Shown here piece by piece: positions 35,867 through 45,733 of a stretch of DNA of 64,000 nt; the stretch's first letter is position 1, and every line of letters begins with the position of its first letter. The notes beneath the pieces were generated by a model. It searched no databases. It was given only the letters and a program-made list of their open reading frames with translations, and had not been told where the DNA came from. The stretch comes from an uncultured delta proteobacterium. Lineage in GTDB: Bacteria > Desulfobacterota > Binatia > Binatales > Binataceae. A program made the position numbers and the translations under genes. The stretch covers positions 352,001 to 416,000 of the forward strand of contig CAWCDG010000003.1 of the NCBI GenBank assembly GCA_963794325.1, written 5' to 3'.

Positions 35867-37251
35867 CCGGAGACCTGGGATAGAAGATACACAAGTCCCT
35901 CCGACATTGTTGGGTGCGCGAAGATCGCATCGCGCAACGCTGTATAAGGTAGCCGCCCAACCATCGCAGTCTGAACCGCGGCCATCAGCTCGCTCGCCTC
36001 GATACCGAACGCGGTGAAGCCGATGATTTGGTCGCTGTCTTTGCCGATCAGCATCTTCATGAAGCCGCGCGGTTCGGCAATCGTGTGCGTGCGAAGCACA
36101 TTCTCCATCGGCAATTTTGCGATACGGTATTCGATCTTGTCGCGCTTCGCCTCGGACTCGTTGCGCCCGACCCGCGCCAGTTCCGGATCGGTGAACATGC
36201 AGAACGGCACCAGGCGATCCTTCGTGGTTCGATTGCCGCCCTTCAAGTTGTCACGCACCACGCGGAAGTCGTGGTACGCGACGTGTGTGAATTGAGGACT
36301 ACCCGCGCAATCGCCCATCGCCCAAACATTGGCAGCGGTCGTCTCCAGCCGCTCGTTGACCTTGATAAAACCTCGCTCGTCGAGTTCGACGCCGGCTTGC
36401 TCCAATCCGATTCCTTTCGTATTCGGCGTGCGTCCCGTCGCCACGAGAAGATCGGTGCCTTCGATGGTCCGTTCGCCGGGACCGTCTTTTGCGTGAACCC
36501 GAACCTCCTTGCCTGATTGTCCCTCCACCCGGCAGACTTGAGTTCCGAGCAATACCTCGATTCCCTCGTCGCGAAACAGTTCAAGGAGAGCAGCCCCTAC
36601 GTCGGGATCTTCCCGGTCGGCGAGTTGCGCGCCTTGTTCAATCACGGTCACATCCGATCCGAACCGCCGTATCGCCTGCGCCAGTTCAAGCCCGATGTAA
36701 CCTCCGCCGACCACGATGAGGTGACGTGGCAGATGGTCTAGGTCGAGCACCTCGATATGCGTCATCGGGTTAGCTGCGGCGAGTCCGGGAACATTGGGTA
36801 TCGTCGAGCGCGATCCCAGATCCAGGAACACACGTTCGCCAACGACGCGTCGAGTGCCGCCATCGTTGAGCGCGACTTCAACGGTTTTCGGAGCGACGAA
36901 GCGTGCTTCACCCATGATCAGTTCTATTCCGGCGTCCGCGGTACGCTGCGCGTGGAACTGATGCTCCGCTTCGACCATCTTGCGTTTGCGCTGCTGAACG
37001 CCCGCCATGTTGATTCGGAGTTGATCCATCTCGAGTCCGAATTCCGCGCCGCGCCGCGCAATTGACGCCACTCTTGCGGAGTAGGCCACGTTCTTGCTCG
37101 GCAGGCACGCGATATTCGGGCACGAGCCGCCGAGCCATCTCCGCTCGACCATCGCCGTGCGATGGCCCTCACCGGCCATAGTCCAGGCTGTCCACTTGCC
37201 GGCTTCTCCGCTTCCTAGAACCAGAATTTGGTACTTTTCTGCGTCAGGCAT
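35863..37251 (-). CDS. Pyridine nucleotide-disulfide oxidoreductase (RclA / lipoamide dehydrogenase-like)
   Basis: GSGEAG, GGSCPNIACLPSK, GGGYIGLE, ATGR.PN, GD, HPTMSE. Confidence 0.93.
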   Translation of the reverse strand: MPDAEKYQILVLGSGEAGKWTAWTMAGEGHRTAMVERRWLGGSCPNIACLPSKNVAYSARVASIARRGAEFGLEMDQLRINMAGVQQRKRKMVEAEHQFHAQRTADAGIELIMGEARFVAPKTVEVALNDGGTRRVVGERVFLDLGSRSTIPNVPGLAAANPMTHIEVLDLDHLPRHLIVVGGGYIGLELAQAIRRFGSDVTVIEQGAQLADREDPDVGAALLELFRDEGIEVLLGTQVCRVEGQSGKEVRVHAKDGPGERTIEGTDLLVATGRTPNTKGIGLEQAGVELDERGFIKVNERLETTAANVWAMGDCAGSPQFTHVAYHDFRVVRDNLKGGNRTTKDRLVPFCMFTDPELARVGRNESEAKRDKIEYRIAKLPMENVLRTHTIAEPRGFMKMLIGKDSDQIIGFTAFGIEASELMAAVQTAMVGRLPYTALRDAIFAHPTMSEGLVYLLSQVSG

Positions 37252-37358
37252 TGTCCCATCTCCTTACTAATGATCATGGGTTTGTCTAACTATGAGAGGT
37301 TCTCCATCACCTTTGCCGCATTCACTGTAAAGGCGGTGCATCGTTGTGGAAACTCAGA

Positions 37359-37401
37359 AACCTAACCCCTAACCCCTTCCCATAGTGGGAAGGGGAACAA
37401 T
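37359..37401. repeat. REP-like palindrome family A, inverted copy
   Basis: AACCTAACCCCTAACCCCTTCCCATAGTGGGAAGGGGAACAAT. Confidence 0.88.
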
Positions 37402-37417
37402 CGCACAGGGGAGTCGG

Positions 37418-38533
37418 TTAGCGGGCGGCGGCTGATGACGGAATCGGAACCGGATCCTTGAGCGGCTCCGTGTTCCACTTCTTGAGTTCGGGCAGCACAT
37501 ACTTCGCGAAGCACTTGATGCTGCGTTCGGCGTCTTCGTACGGCATTCCGCCGAAACTGAAATTGAAGAACACGCCGTTGGCGTCGATCGTGTCGCGGAC
37601 GAACGCGCACTTCTCGATCACCTGGTCGGGCGTGCCCCACGGCATCAGCATCGCGAAGTCGCGCGCGGCAACCTCCGGACCGGTCTTCTTTATGAACTTG
37701 CTTACGTTGCTGTAGAACTCGTAGCCCTTCTTGGTGCCGAAATCCGGCGACGTCATCTCGTAGTGCTTCATGACGGTGTGGTAGTTGGCGGCGATCCATT
37801 TCATCGCGAGCTCTTCGGCGCGGTCCTTGTTTTCATCGACGACGCAGAAGCCGCCGGAAAGCGGCTTGGGTATTGGCGCCGCCCCGTTAACCTCACGCCA
37901 GACCTTGTGATAGACCTCGAAATCCTTCTTGACGGCGTCCCACGGTTTTTGCGGAATCACGAGCAGGCCGACCCCAAGCTTCGCCATTATCGGCATCGAT
38001 TCGGGCGAGACTGCGGCGGCGTAGGTGCGGCCCTTGAATGAGCGCGCGGGGCGCGGACGAATCTCGCGGCGCGGCTGGCGGGTGAATTTGCCGCCTTCCA
38101 TGTAGCCGTTTTCGAGCGCGTTCAAAACCAGCTCAGCGTACTCGACAAACAGGTTGCGGCCTTCGTTCTGATCGATACGGAAGCCGTCGTATTCGATTCG
38201 CGCGAGGCCGCGACCGAGGCCGAGGATCACGCGGCCGTTGGAGACGTGATCGAGCAGCGCGACCTGCTCGGCGACGCGGATGGGATCGTGCCACGGCAGG
38301 ACGACGACGCCCGAGCCGAGCTTTATGTGCGTGGTGCGGCCCGCCATGTACGAGAGGAATTGCAGCACGTCGGGGCACATCGTGTAGTCGTCGAAGTGAT
38401 GCTCGACGCCCCAGATAGAATCGAAGCCCAGCGGCTCGGCCATTTCGGCGAGGCGCAACTCGTTGCGATAAACCTCGGCGTCGGGAAGTGCGTTATCGGG
38501 ATTCTGGAATACTGCGCCATAGCCAACGTGCAT
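37418..38533 (-). CDS. LLM-class flavin-dependent oxidoreductase (luciferase-like)
   Basis: AEPLGFDSIWGVEHHF, PIRVAEQ, LGLGRG; GAGGAGG RBS before ATG 38533. Confidence 0.92.
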   Translation of the reverse strand: MHVGYGAVFQNPDNALPDAEVYRNELRLAEMAEPLGFDSIWGVEHHFDDYTMCPDVLQFLSYMAGRTTHIKLGSGVVVLPWHDPIRVAEQVALLDHVSNGRVILGLGRGLARIEYDGFRIDQNEGRNLFVEYAELVLNALENGYMEGGKFTRQPRREIRPRPARSFKGRTYAAAVSPESMPIMAKLGVGLLVIPQKPWDAVKKDFEVYHKVWREVNGAAPIPKPLSGGFCVVDENKDRAEELAMKWIAANYHTVMKHYEMTSPDFGTKKGYEFYSNVSKFIKKTGPEVAARDFAMLMPWGTPDQVIEKCAFVRDTIDANGVFFNFSFGGMPYEDAERSIKCFAKYVLPELKKWNTEPLKDPVPIPSSAAAR

Positions 38534-38644
38534 GATAAGAACCTCCTCGATCGAATCGCCGAGCTTAGGACAGTCATAGATCGGGCAAGTATAGAAGTAC
38601 AGGTCGTCGCGATCGGCTTTTCCCAGTTTCGCGATCGTGCTCAA

Positions 38645-39742
38645 ATGCGCGGTGTGCCCAACGCCGACGCGACCAGAACCGCGAGCAACCCTCAACCTTC
38701 CACCCCGCAAGCTGTGGTGATGGGGCCGACGGCGGCGTCGCTGTTCCTGGTCGTTACGATTGATCCGCGCCCTGAAAGCGTGACAGCAGTCCGCTCGCTC
38801 TGCGCCGACTTAGCCAACCTGCTGCGCGCAGTTGGGTTCCGCGATACCGCGGCAAAGCTTACCTGCGTGATGAGCTTTGGCTCCGCGGCGTGGGATCGGC
38901 TGTTCGGAGAGCCCCGCCCGGCGGAACTCCATCCGTTCCGGGAGATCAGCGCCGGATCGCGGCACGCAGTATCGACGCCGGGCGACGTGCTTTTCCACAT
39001 CCGCGCCGAGCGGACGGATCTCTGTTTCGAACTCGCCACGCAGATCATGTCCGCACTCGGCGACTCGGTTACCGTCGAAGACGAAGTCCACGCCTTCCGC
39101 TATTTTGACAATCGCGATCTGCTCGGCTTCGTGGATGGCACCGAGAACCCGGTCGATAACGAGGCGCTCGAGGCCGCGCTGGTCGGCGAAGACGATCCAG
39201 CCTTTGCCGGCGGCAGTTACGTGATCGTTCAGAAGTATCTGCACGATCTCATGGGATGGAACGCGTTGCAGACCGAAGTCCAGGAGCGGATCATCGGCCG
39301 CACCAAGGTTTCGGATATCGAATTGGACGACACCGTCAAACCGACCTCCGCGCACAACGCGCTTAACACCATCGTTGAAGATGGGGTCGAGAAGAAGATC
39401 TTCCGCGCCAACGGGATCTTCGGCCGCCCGGGACAGACCGAGTTCGGTACGTACTTCATCGGTTACGCGCGCTCGCCGCGGACGATGGAGCAAATGCTCC
39501 AGAACATGTTCGTGGGACAGCCCCCGGGCAATTACGATCGAATACTGGACTTCAGCCGCGCCGTCACCGGCAGTTTGTTCTTCGCGCCGCCGGCATCGTT
39601 CCTCGACAGCGTAACGCCCACCGGCGAAGTGGCAGCGGCCGCACCCGCCGCCAATCAGACCGGCTCTTCGCCAGATACCCCGCTTGCCAGCGACGGCTCG
39701 CTCGGCATCGGCTCACTGAAAGGAGAATCGCGCGATGAATAA
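38645..39742 (+). CDS. dyp: Dye-decolorizing peroxidase (DyP) with encapsulin targeting peptide
   Basis: GFVDGTEN, QKYLHD, IGRTK, SAH; C-terminal DGSLGIGSLKG after an Ala/Pro linker; start 38645 or 38654. Confidence 0.95.
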   Translation: MRGVPNADATRTASNPQPSTPQAVVMGPTAASLFLVVTIDPRPESVTAVRSLCADLANLLRAVGFRDTAAKLTCVMSFGSAAWDRLFGEPRPAELHPFREISAGSRHAVSTPGDVLFHIRAERTDLCFELATQIMSALGDSVTVEDEVHAFRYFDNRDLLGFVDGTENPVDNEALEAALVGEDDPAFAGGSYVIVQKYLHDLMGWNALQTEVQERIIGRTKVSDIELDDTVKPTSAHNALNTIVEDGVEKKIFRANGIFGRPGQTEFGTYFIGYARSPRTMEQMLQNMFVGQPPGNYDRILDFSRAVTGSLFFAPPASFLDSVTPTGEVAAAAPAANQTGSSPDTPLASDGSLGIGSLKGESRDE

Positions 39743-40544
39743 TCTGCACCGCGAGCTCGCCCCCATCTCGGACGGCGCGTGGGCTCAAATCGAAGAAGAA
39801 GCGCAGCGCACCCTGAAACGCTACCTGGCAGGGCGTCGGGTCGTCGACGTGAAAGGTCCGGGCGGCGTCATGCTGTCTGCGGTCGGTACCGGGCATTTGC
39901 GCGATCTGGCGGCTCCCGGCGACGGCATCATTGCGCGGCAACGTCAGGTCAAGGCGCTGGTCGAACTCCGCGCTCGATTCCAACTCGATCGGCAGGCGAT
40001 CGACGACGTCGATCGCGGCGCAAATGATGCGGACTGGCAGCCGTTGAAAGATGCGGCGAAGCGGATAGCGTTCACCGAAGACCGCGCGATCTTCGACGGG
40101 TACGCCGCCGCCGGAATCGAAGGCATTCGGCAAGGGACCAGCAACAAAATCGCGGCGCTGCCCATAGACCCGGCTCATTATCCCGACGCTGTCGCCGAGG
40201 CGCTGAGCCAGCTGCGCCTCGCCGGCGTCAACGGGCCGTATTCGGTGGTGATGGGCGCCGACGCGTACACGGCGCTGAGCGAGGCCAGCGATCACGGCTA
40301 TCCTGTAATCGAGCACATACAGCGGCTGGTCAACGACGAAATCATTTTCGCTTCCGCGCTCGCTGGAGCGTTCGTATTGACGACGCGCGGCGGCGACTTC
40401 GAACTTCATCTCGGCCAGGACGTCTCGATCGGCTATGCGAGCCACGACGATAAGCACGTCAGCCTGTACCTGCAGGAATCGATGACCTTCTTGCTGTTGA
40501 CGGCTGAAGCCTCGGTCGCGCTCAAGCCCGCATCGCGGAAATAG
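39735..40544 (+). CDS. Family 1 encapsulin shell protein
   Basis: MNNLHRELAPIS..AW.QI, RRVVDV.GP, EDRAIFDG, RGGDFELHLGQD.SIGY; overlaps the DyP stop. Confidence 0.96.
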   Translation: MNNLHRELAPISDGAWAQIEEEAQRTLKRYLAGRRVVDVKGPGGVMLSAVGTGHLRDLAAPGDGIIARQRQVKALVELRARFQLDRQAIDDVDRGANDADWQPLKDAAKRIAFTEDRAIFDGYAAAGIEGIRQGTSNKIAALPIDPAHYPDAVAEALSQLRLAGVNGPYSVVMGADAYTALSEASDHGYPVIEHIQRLVNDEIIFASALAGAFVLTTRGGDFELHLGQDVSIGYASHDDKHVSLYLQESMTFLLLTAEASVALKPASRK

Positions 40545-40564
40545 CTCCGCGCCTGCCTGCCGTG

Positions 40565-42220
40565 CTAGGCGCGGCGGCTGGAGGTTCTGCTTTCGGCCAG
40601 GCGGCGGGCAGCTTCGCCGATTGCGCCTGCTCGGTGCCATCGCGAGTACTCTTCGACGGTCAGGCCGTGCGCCAGTTCCAATGCTACGGACAGTCCTGCC
40701 AGCACGAACACCTCGCCCAGCACGCTGATGCGCGGGGCGAGGCCGAGGCCGCCGCCTTCGTTGGGAATCGGGACGTGGATGACGAGGTCGGCGAGTTGGC
40801 CGAGGCTGGAGTCCTTGTTGCCGGTGATTGCGATCAGTTGCGCGCCTTGCTCGCGGATGGCGGTGGCCGTCGAGAGCAATTCGTCGGTGCTGCCGCTGTT
40901 GGAAATCGCGATGACGACGTCACGCGGATGCACCTGGCCGAGGCTGCCGTGCAGGGTTTCGGTCGCATGCAGAAAAGTCGCGGGCGTGCCGACCGAGCAG
41001 AACACGCTGGCGGCGTAGCGCGCGACGTGCTCAGGCTTGCCGACTCCCGTCACGTGGACGCGTCCGCCGCGACCGAGTGCGGTGCGGATTATCTCGACGG
41101 TGCGCGAGATGGCGGCAATGTTCAAGCTGCCGCGGAGTGCGGCGAGCTCGGCGAGGGCGAGATCGAAAAACTTTTCGACTTCGCCGGTCGAGTCACCAAT
41201 TGCGGCGGCGCGCGGCTCGGCGTCGCGGCTCGGTGTCGGCAGCGCCAGCGGCTCGGCATAGAGGTCGAGAATTTCCTCGCGCACTTCGAACCCCGACGGA
41301 AAAGCGCCGAGGCGCGTAACCGCGACCGCGCCGGCTGCATTGGCGAGGCGTCCAATTTTGTCCCATGGCAGACCGAGACGCAGGCCGGCGAAGATTCCCG
41401 CGAGAAACGCATCGCCTGCACCGGTCGAGTCCACTTGCTTGACCTTGAAGGCGGGCACGCGAATGGAGGTATCGCGCGCGGCGATCGAGCATCCTTTGTC
41501 GCCTTCGGTGATTACGACGGCGCGGTTTCCGTACTTCGCGCGAATCGCGTCGGCTATCTTCAACGAATCGCGTCCATTGCCGGCTATCTCTCGTGCCGCC
41601 GCTTTCGAGGGCTTGAGCCAGGTTGCGAGCTTCAGTGCGCGCTCGAGTTCAGCGCGCGTGCCGAGCGAACCGATCGCGTCAGAGGGTGGCACGTCAACGT
41701 CGAGGATCGTGGGAATCGAATGAGTGCGCGCGAATAGGAGAATCGCGATTACCGTGCGCAGCGGGAGCTGCGAAATCTCGGTCGAAACCAGATTGGCGCG
41801 GCGGATGAACGCGCCGTGGCGGTTGCGGACCTCGGCCGGAGTGAGCTCGCCGGTCGCACCACGCGCCATGTAGATTGCGCGATCGCCGGCGGTATCAACA
41901 AAGATCGTCGCGAAGGCCGTCGCGGTGCCGTCGAAGGTCAGGTGATGGCGGATGCCGAGGCGATCCATCCCGTCGCGCAGGAATTCGCCGTTGCGGTCAT
42001 CGCCCATCTTGCCGAAGATGCCGGTTTTGAGCCCGAGGATTCGGCCCCATCCGAGATGGTTAAGGACCAGGCCTCCGACTTGCGTGCGCTCGATCGCGGC
42101 GCTGGCGGTATGCGCGCGGAGCAGGATTTTTTCGTCGGCGCGAATGATGCGCGGCGTGCGGTAGAACAGGTCAACGACCATGCTGCCGCATCCGACGACG
42201 TCGAGTTTTTCTTCAGCCAT
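40565..42220 (-). CDS. PfkB-family sugar kinase fused to a KpsF/GutQ-type SIS isomerase domain
   Basis: GKMGDD.NG, VDSTGAGDAF; then VTGVGKP.HVA, TPATFLHATETLHGSLG, AISNSGST, WH.AGAIG. Confidence 0.88.
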   Translation of the reverse strand: MAEEKLDVVGCGSMVVDLFYRTPRIIRADEKILLRAHTASAAIERTQVGGLVLNHLGWGRILGLKTGIFGKMGDDRNGEFLRDGMDRLGIRHHLTFDGTATAFATIFVDTAGDRAIYMARGATGELTPAEVRNRHGAFIRRANLVSTEISQLPLRTVIAILLFARTHSIPTILDVDVPPSDAIGSLGTRAELERALKLATWLKPSKAAAREIAGNGRDSLKIADAIRAKYGNRAVVITEGDKGCSIAARDTSIRVPAFKVKQVDSTGAGDAFLAGIFAGLRLGLPWDKIGRLANAAGAVAVTRLGAFPSGFEVREEILDLYAEPLALPTPSRDAEPRAAAIGDSTGEVEKFFDLALAELAALRGSLNIAAISRTVEIIRTALGRGGRVHVTGVGKPEHVARYAASVFCSVGTPATFLHATETLHGSLGQVHPRDVVIAISNSGSTDELLSTATAIREQGAQLIAITGNKDSSLGQLADLVIHVPIPNEGGGLGLAPRISVLGEVFVLAGLSVALELAHGLTVEEYSRWHRAGAIGEAARRLAESRTSSRRA

Positions 42221-43355
42221 TGCGCCCCGCCGATTTTCGTTCGGTTGCCGGCGCGTGCCCGGCGGGCGAAGCGTATTCGCTGACCCATCCACGCTCAAGC
42301 ATCTCGGCGTTGCGCTCGCGCAGCGCTGCGAAGCGTGCGGAAAATTCCCGGCGCTCCGTCTCATTCATCGTTGGCGTGCCCGCGCCGACCGCATCGCCGT
42401 CGATGACGCCAAGTTCCTTGAGCGAGGCCTTGAGCGTTGCAATGGTTGGCCGATACGACTTGGCGCCTCGCCTGAACGTGCAGGTGATGCGAAATTCCTC
42501 GATCGCATCGGCATACAAGCGCATCAGCTCGACGTCGCCCGAACGGCAGACCTGCCATGCGCGCTGCCATTCACGAGGCATCGCATTGGCCGGGCCCGCG
42601 ACGACGCCGTAGGGACGGGTGCGCTGGGTCAGGTAGCGATTCCAGTAATGGCGCATGCGGTCGCCGACGCCCTCGGGCGGCGCGAACAAATCGAAGATCA
42701 GATAAGCGTTGCCTGCGTAGATCGCGAATTCGTGACCCGCTTTGAAGTGCGACGCGGCGCGGGTGTAGTTGCCGATCACGGTCTTGCTCGCGGTGACTTT
42801 GATGCCCCGCACGTACGGCAGCTTCGCCATCGCCTTGACGTCACGGGTGTGCAGATGCGGCGCTTTGCCCGGCGCAGCGATGTCGGCGTTGTCGTAAAGA
42901 AACAGCGGAAGCATCCGGCCCGCGCGATTGAAGACGGCGCCGATGTCGCGCTCGACGAATTCGGCGGGATGCTCGACGTCTTTGATCGACAGCGGAGCGA
43001 CGACTACTGCGTCGGCGCCGGCGTGGATCGCGTGAGTGAGATTGTCGAGCGTGTCGGCGCGCGTGTGAGCGGTGATGCCGGCCCATGCTTCGATTTTCTT
43101 GGCGGCGGACGCGCGCGCGCGGCGGCATTCGTCGATCGCGATTCGTACGACCGCCTGGCGACGCGAGTTGTCGATACGATCCCACTCGCCGGTGGTGCCC
43201 GCGGCGAAGATGATATCTGCGCCATTGCCGTCCTGGAGTGCAAAGCGGATGACACTGCGCTGCTGATCTTCGAGGAGGCGGCCGCGCGCGTCGAGAATCG
43301 TGACGACGGGGATGGAGAGACCGGGGCGCGGGATGTAGTCGTCGAGCGAATTCAC
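42213..43355 (-). CDS. DHDPS/NAL-family class I aldolase
   Basis: GTTGE, LYD, RGIKVT (Schiff-base Lys); overlaps the downstream kinase start. Confidence 0.85.
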   Translation of the reverse strand: MNSLDDYIPRPGLSIPVVTILDARGRLLEDQQRSVIRFALQDGNGADIIFAAGTTGEWDRIDNSRRQAVVRIAIDECRRARASAAKKIEAWAGITAHTRADTLDNLTHAIHAGADAVVVAPLSIKDVEHPAEFVERDIGAVFNRAGRMLPLFLYDNADIAAPGKAPHLHTRDVKAMAKLPYVRGIKVTASKTVIGNYTRAASHFKAGHEFAIYAGNAYLIFDLFAPPEGVGDRMRHYWNRYLTQRTRPYGVVAGPANAMPREWQRAWQVCRSGDVELMRLYADAIEEFRITCTFRRGAKSYRPTIATLKASLKELGVIDGDAVGAGTPTMNETERREFSARFAALRERNAEMLERGWVSEYASPAGHAPATERKSAGRNG

Positions 43356-43400
43356 GGCGGCGATTCTAGCAGAAGAGGCAGCAAGCTCGCGATTCGCCTA

Positions 43401-44099
43401 CTAACCGATGCCCAGGCCCAGGTCGGTGGTGAAGCTCCAGTGGGTTTCGTCCATGGAGGCGTAGTTTTCGAGCTTCAATCTGATTGTCAGTCGATAGGTG
43501 CCGTCGGCGGAGAGCGCTGCGACCGGAGGGTTTTCGTACCAGATGCTTTTTCTGCAGACGTCGAGCATCATCTGATCGATTTTCGCTTTGCCCGAGTGCT
43601 GTTCGAGGATCAGTTCGGTGAGCTTGCCTTTTTTATCCATGACGGCGGTGATGACGACGGCTTTGATTTCGGTGGGCAGCCTGGTTCGTGAAATCTCTTC
43701 GGTTCGCTCGGCCTCGATGAGTCGTGCGTAGATGTGATCGAGAATTACGCCGGCGAAATTCCCGAACTTGGCGGCCTTGTCGTTGAGCAGGCGCACTGTG
43801 CCGGGGTTGGCATCGTTACCAACCACCCGCGAAATGCCGGGATCGGTTTGATAGGTGCGCGGCCCGGCCGTGACGGGGCCATGATCGAGCAGCATGCCCT
43901 CGCCGCGCTTGGGAACCGGGTTGATAGCGAACGGATTGACCGGGGTTCCGCCGACATCGTTCAGACTGGACAACAATTTAGGCTGGCCGGAGTCGGGGGC
44001 AGGGGGCGGCGGTTGATCGTTCGCGGCGCACCCGGCGGCAAAGATTGCGACGGCGAAAAGCGTCGCTGTGAAAAACCGATTACGTCTTGCGCGGCTCAT
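43401..44099 (-). CDS. Lipoprotein with TonB/TolA C-terminal-like domain
   Basis: Lipobox AAGC; VVITAVMDKKGKLTE...QHSG.AKIDQ...ENPP pattern. Confidence 0.7.
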   Translation of the reverse strand: MSRARRNRFFTATLFAVAIFAAGCAANDQPPPPAPDSGQPKLLSSLNDVGGTPVNPFAINPVPKRGEGMLLDHGPVTAGPRTYQTDPGISRVVGNDANPGTVRLLNDKAAKFGNFAGVILDHIYARLIEAERTEEISRTRLPTEIKAVVITAVMDKKGKLTELILEQHSGKAKIDQMMLDVCRKSIWYENPPVAALSADGTYRLTIRLKLENYASMDETHWSFTTDLGLGIG

Positions 44100-45670
44100 T
44101 TGGATTTTCCCCGCTGAATACTCTGGTCCGAATCCAGGGCCAGGATCGCCGGACGCGCTTCATTGTAGTCGGCGACGAAAGCGTCGAAAAGTTCTTCGCC
44201 GAATGCGCGTTCCTCGGCGCGAACCTTGTCGTTGTGCTCTTTGGCGATCGCGTCGCCGATGCGCGCGAGCAACTCGAGCGTCGGCGAATAGTTCAACTGC
44301 GCCGTGAAGCCGCCGGAGAAATCATACGTGCCGTCGGGGAGCACGTGCGAGCTGAGCTTCGAATTCAAGCCGCCATCGCCAGTCGCGAGCACCCGCAAAA
44401 AATCGCCGGCCACCAGGTCCATCACCTGATGCACGCCCGGTGGTGCGACGAGCTGCGGGACAGCATTCATCCGGTTGACGAAAGTACAAGCGACGGGGTC
44501 GCGATAGTAATCGGTGGTGAATCCGATGTTAGCGAGGCCGAAATTCATGTTGAGACTGGTAATCTGGCCCGAGGCGATCGTGCGATAACTGCCATGCGAG
44601 ATTTCGCCGAGAGCGATACTGTCGCCCGCCGGTTGCATCGCGGCGCTGAACGGCGTGAGCAGGCCATTGCGAAGCATAATCGTGAAGTGGATGTGGCCGT
44701 GGTCGAAACCCTCGCGCATCCAGTAGTTGCCGTGCGCGTCGACAATGTCGGATTTGGCGACCACCGCGGGCACCACCTTGCGATAGAAATCATAAAGCAG
44801 CGGGTATTTTTTCAGCGCGTCGAGGCGCACTTCCATATCGACATTGAACAGCACGATCGGGCCCGCGGGCGAACTGAATTCGTCCAGCAGATTGTTGAAC
44901 TTGAAGTAGTGATCGAACTTGGCCGCGAGATGCGGCATCTGGCGGCGGAACCGGTCGAGGCCGGCGCGGTCATGGTGATTGAACTTGCCCGGCGCAATAT
45001 CCCACGGCGGTTTCAGATCTCCGTGAAACTCGCGAAGCGTATCGGCCATCGTATCGACCAGCGCGCCGAGGCCGTAGGTGTCGATCATCAGCTCGCCGGC
45101 GAGTGTCCCGGTCACGCTCGAAATGTTGTCGGGAGTGGAGTCGGCGGAAGGCTTGAGCGCGAAGATACCCGAAAATCGCGCGGGCTCTTCCGGACTGCGG
45201 CATCGATTCACCAGCGTGTAGAGAAAGTCAGCGCCGTCCGGCTGGCCCGCGACGCAAATCTGATGCGTGCCGTCGGGCAGGTCGTGCCACGGAATTTCCG
45301 GCTTCGAGTAGAGCGCGGCGGCGCGAATCATCGTCGATTGCCGGGGCGGGAGCTCGTCGACGACTTTCTGAAGCGACGGCCCAAGCTTGGGATGGAACGA
45401 GAGTTTGCGCTGGAAAGCGAGTTGGCGATCGAAGATCGCGATTGCACGCGACGCCCGCTCCGGACCCGGTGGCGCCAGTAAAAGAATTGGCGCGAGAAGA
45501 GGGCGGCTATCAGCCGCGAATCCGGTATTCGACGCTGTCGGCGCTGGCGCGGGCTTCGGAAGCGAAGATGCGGCGCAGCTGGTAATCGCGCAAATCGTGA
45601 TTATTATTGCTGCGAACGAGGTGGTTAGAGCGATACGGAAAAACCGAAGACGCAGCCGTAACGGGCGAAT
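44096..45670 (-). CDS. Large hypothetical (lipo)protein; start uncertain
   Basis: Long ORF overlapping the downstream ATG; signal peptide and ITSC lipobox near 45580-45650 but no canonical in-frame start just before it. Confidence 0.65.
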   Translation of the reverse strand: MRPLRLRLRFFRIALTTSFAAIIITICAITSCAASSLPKPAPAPTASNTGFAADSRPLLAPILLLAPPGPERASRAIAIFDRQLAFQRKLSFHPKLGPSLQKVVDELPPRQSTMIRAAALYSKPEIPWHDLPDGTHQICVAGQPDGADFLYTLVNRCRSPEEPARFSGIFALKPSADSTPDNISSVTGTLAGELMIDTYGLGALVDTMADTLREFHGDLKPPWDIAPGKFNHHDRAGLDRFRRQMPHLAAKFDHYFKFNNLLDEFSSPAGPIVLFNVDMEVRLDALKKYPLLYDFYRKVVPAVVAKSDIVDAHGNYWMREGFDHGHIHFTIMLRNGLLTPFSAAMQPAGDSIALGEISHGSYRTIASGQITSLNMNFGLANIGFTTDYYRDPVACTFVNRMNAVPQLVAPPGVHQVMDLVAGDFLRVLATGDGGLNSKLSSHVLPDGTYDFSGGFTAQLNYSPTLELLARIGDAIAKEHNDKVRAEERAFGEELFDAFVADYNEARPAILALDSDQSIQRGKSK

Positions 45671-45733
45671 TGTTTGCGATACCTTGCGATGGTATCCTGC
45701 AATACAATAGGTAGAAGAGTCCGGGAAATTAAA

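Noticed and set aside
35863-37251. Mercuric reductase (merA)
   Set aside because: No N-terminal HMA domain, no C-terminal Cys-Cys pair and no mer genes nearby; it ends in HPTxSE.
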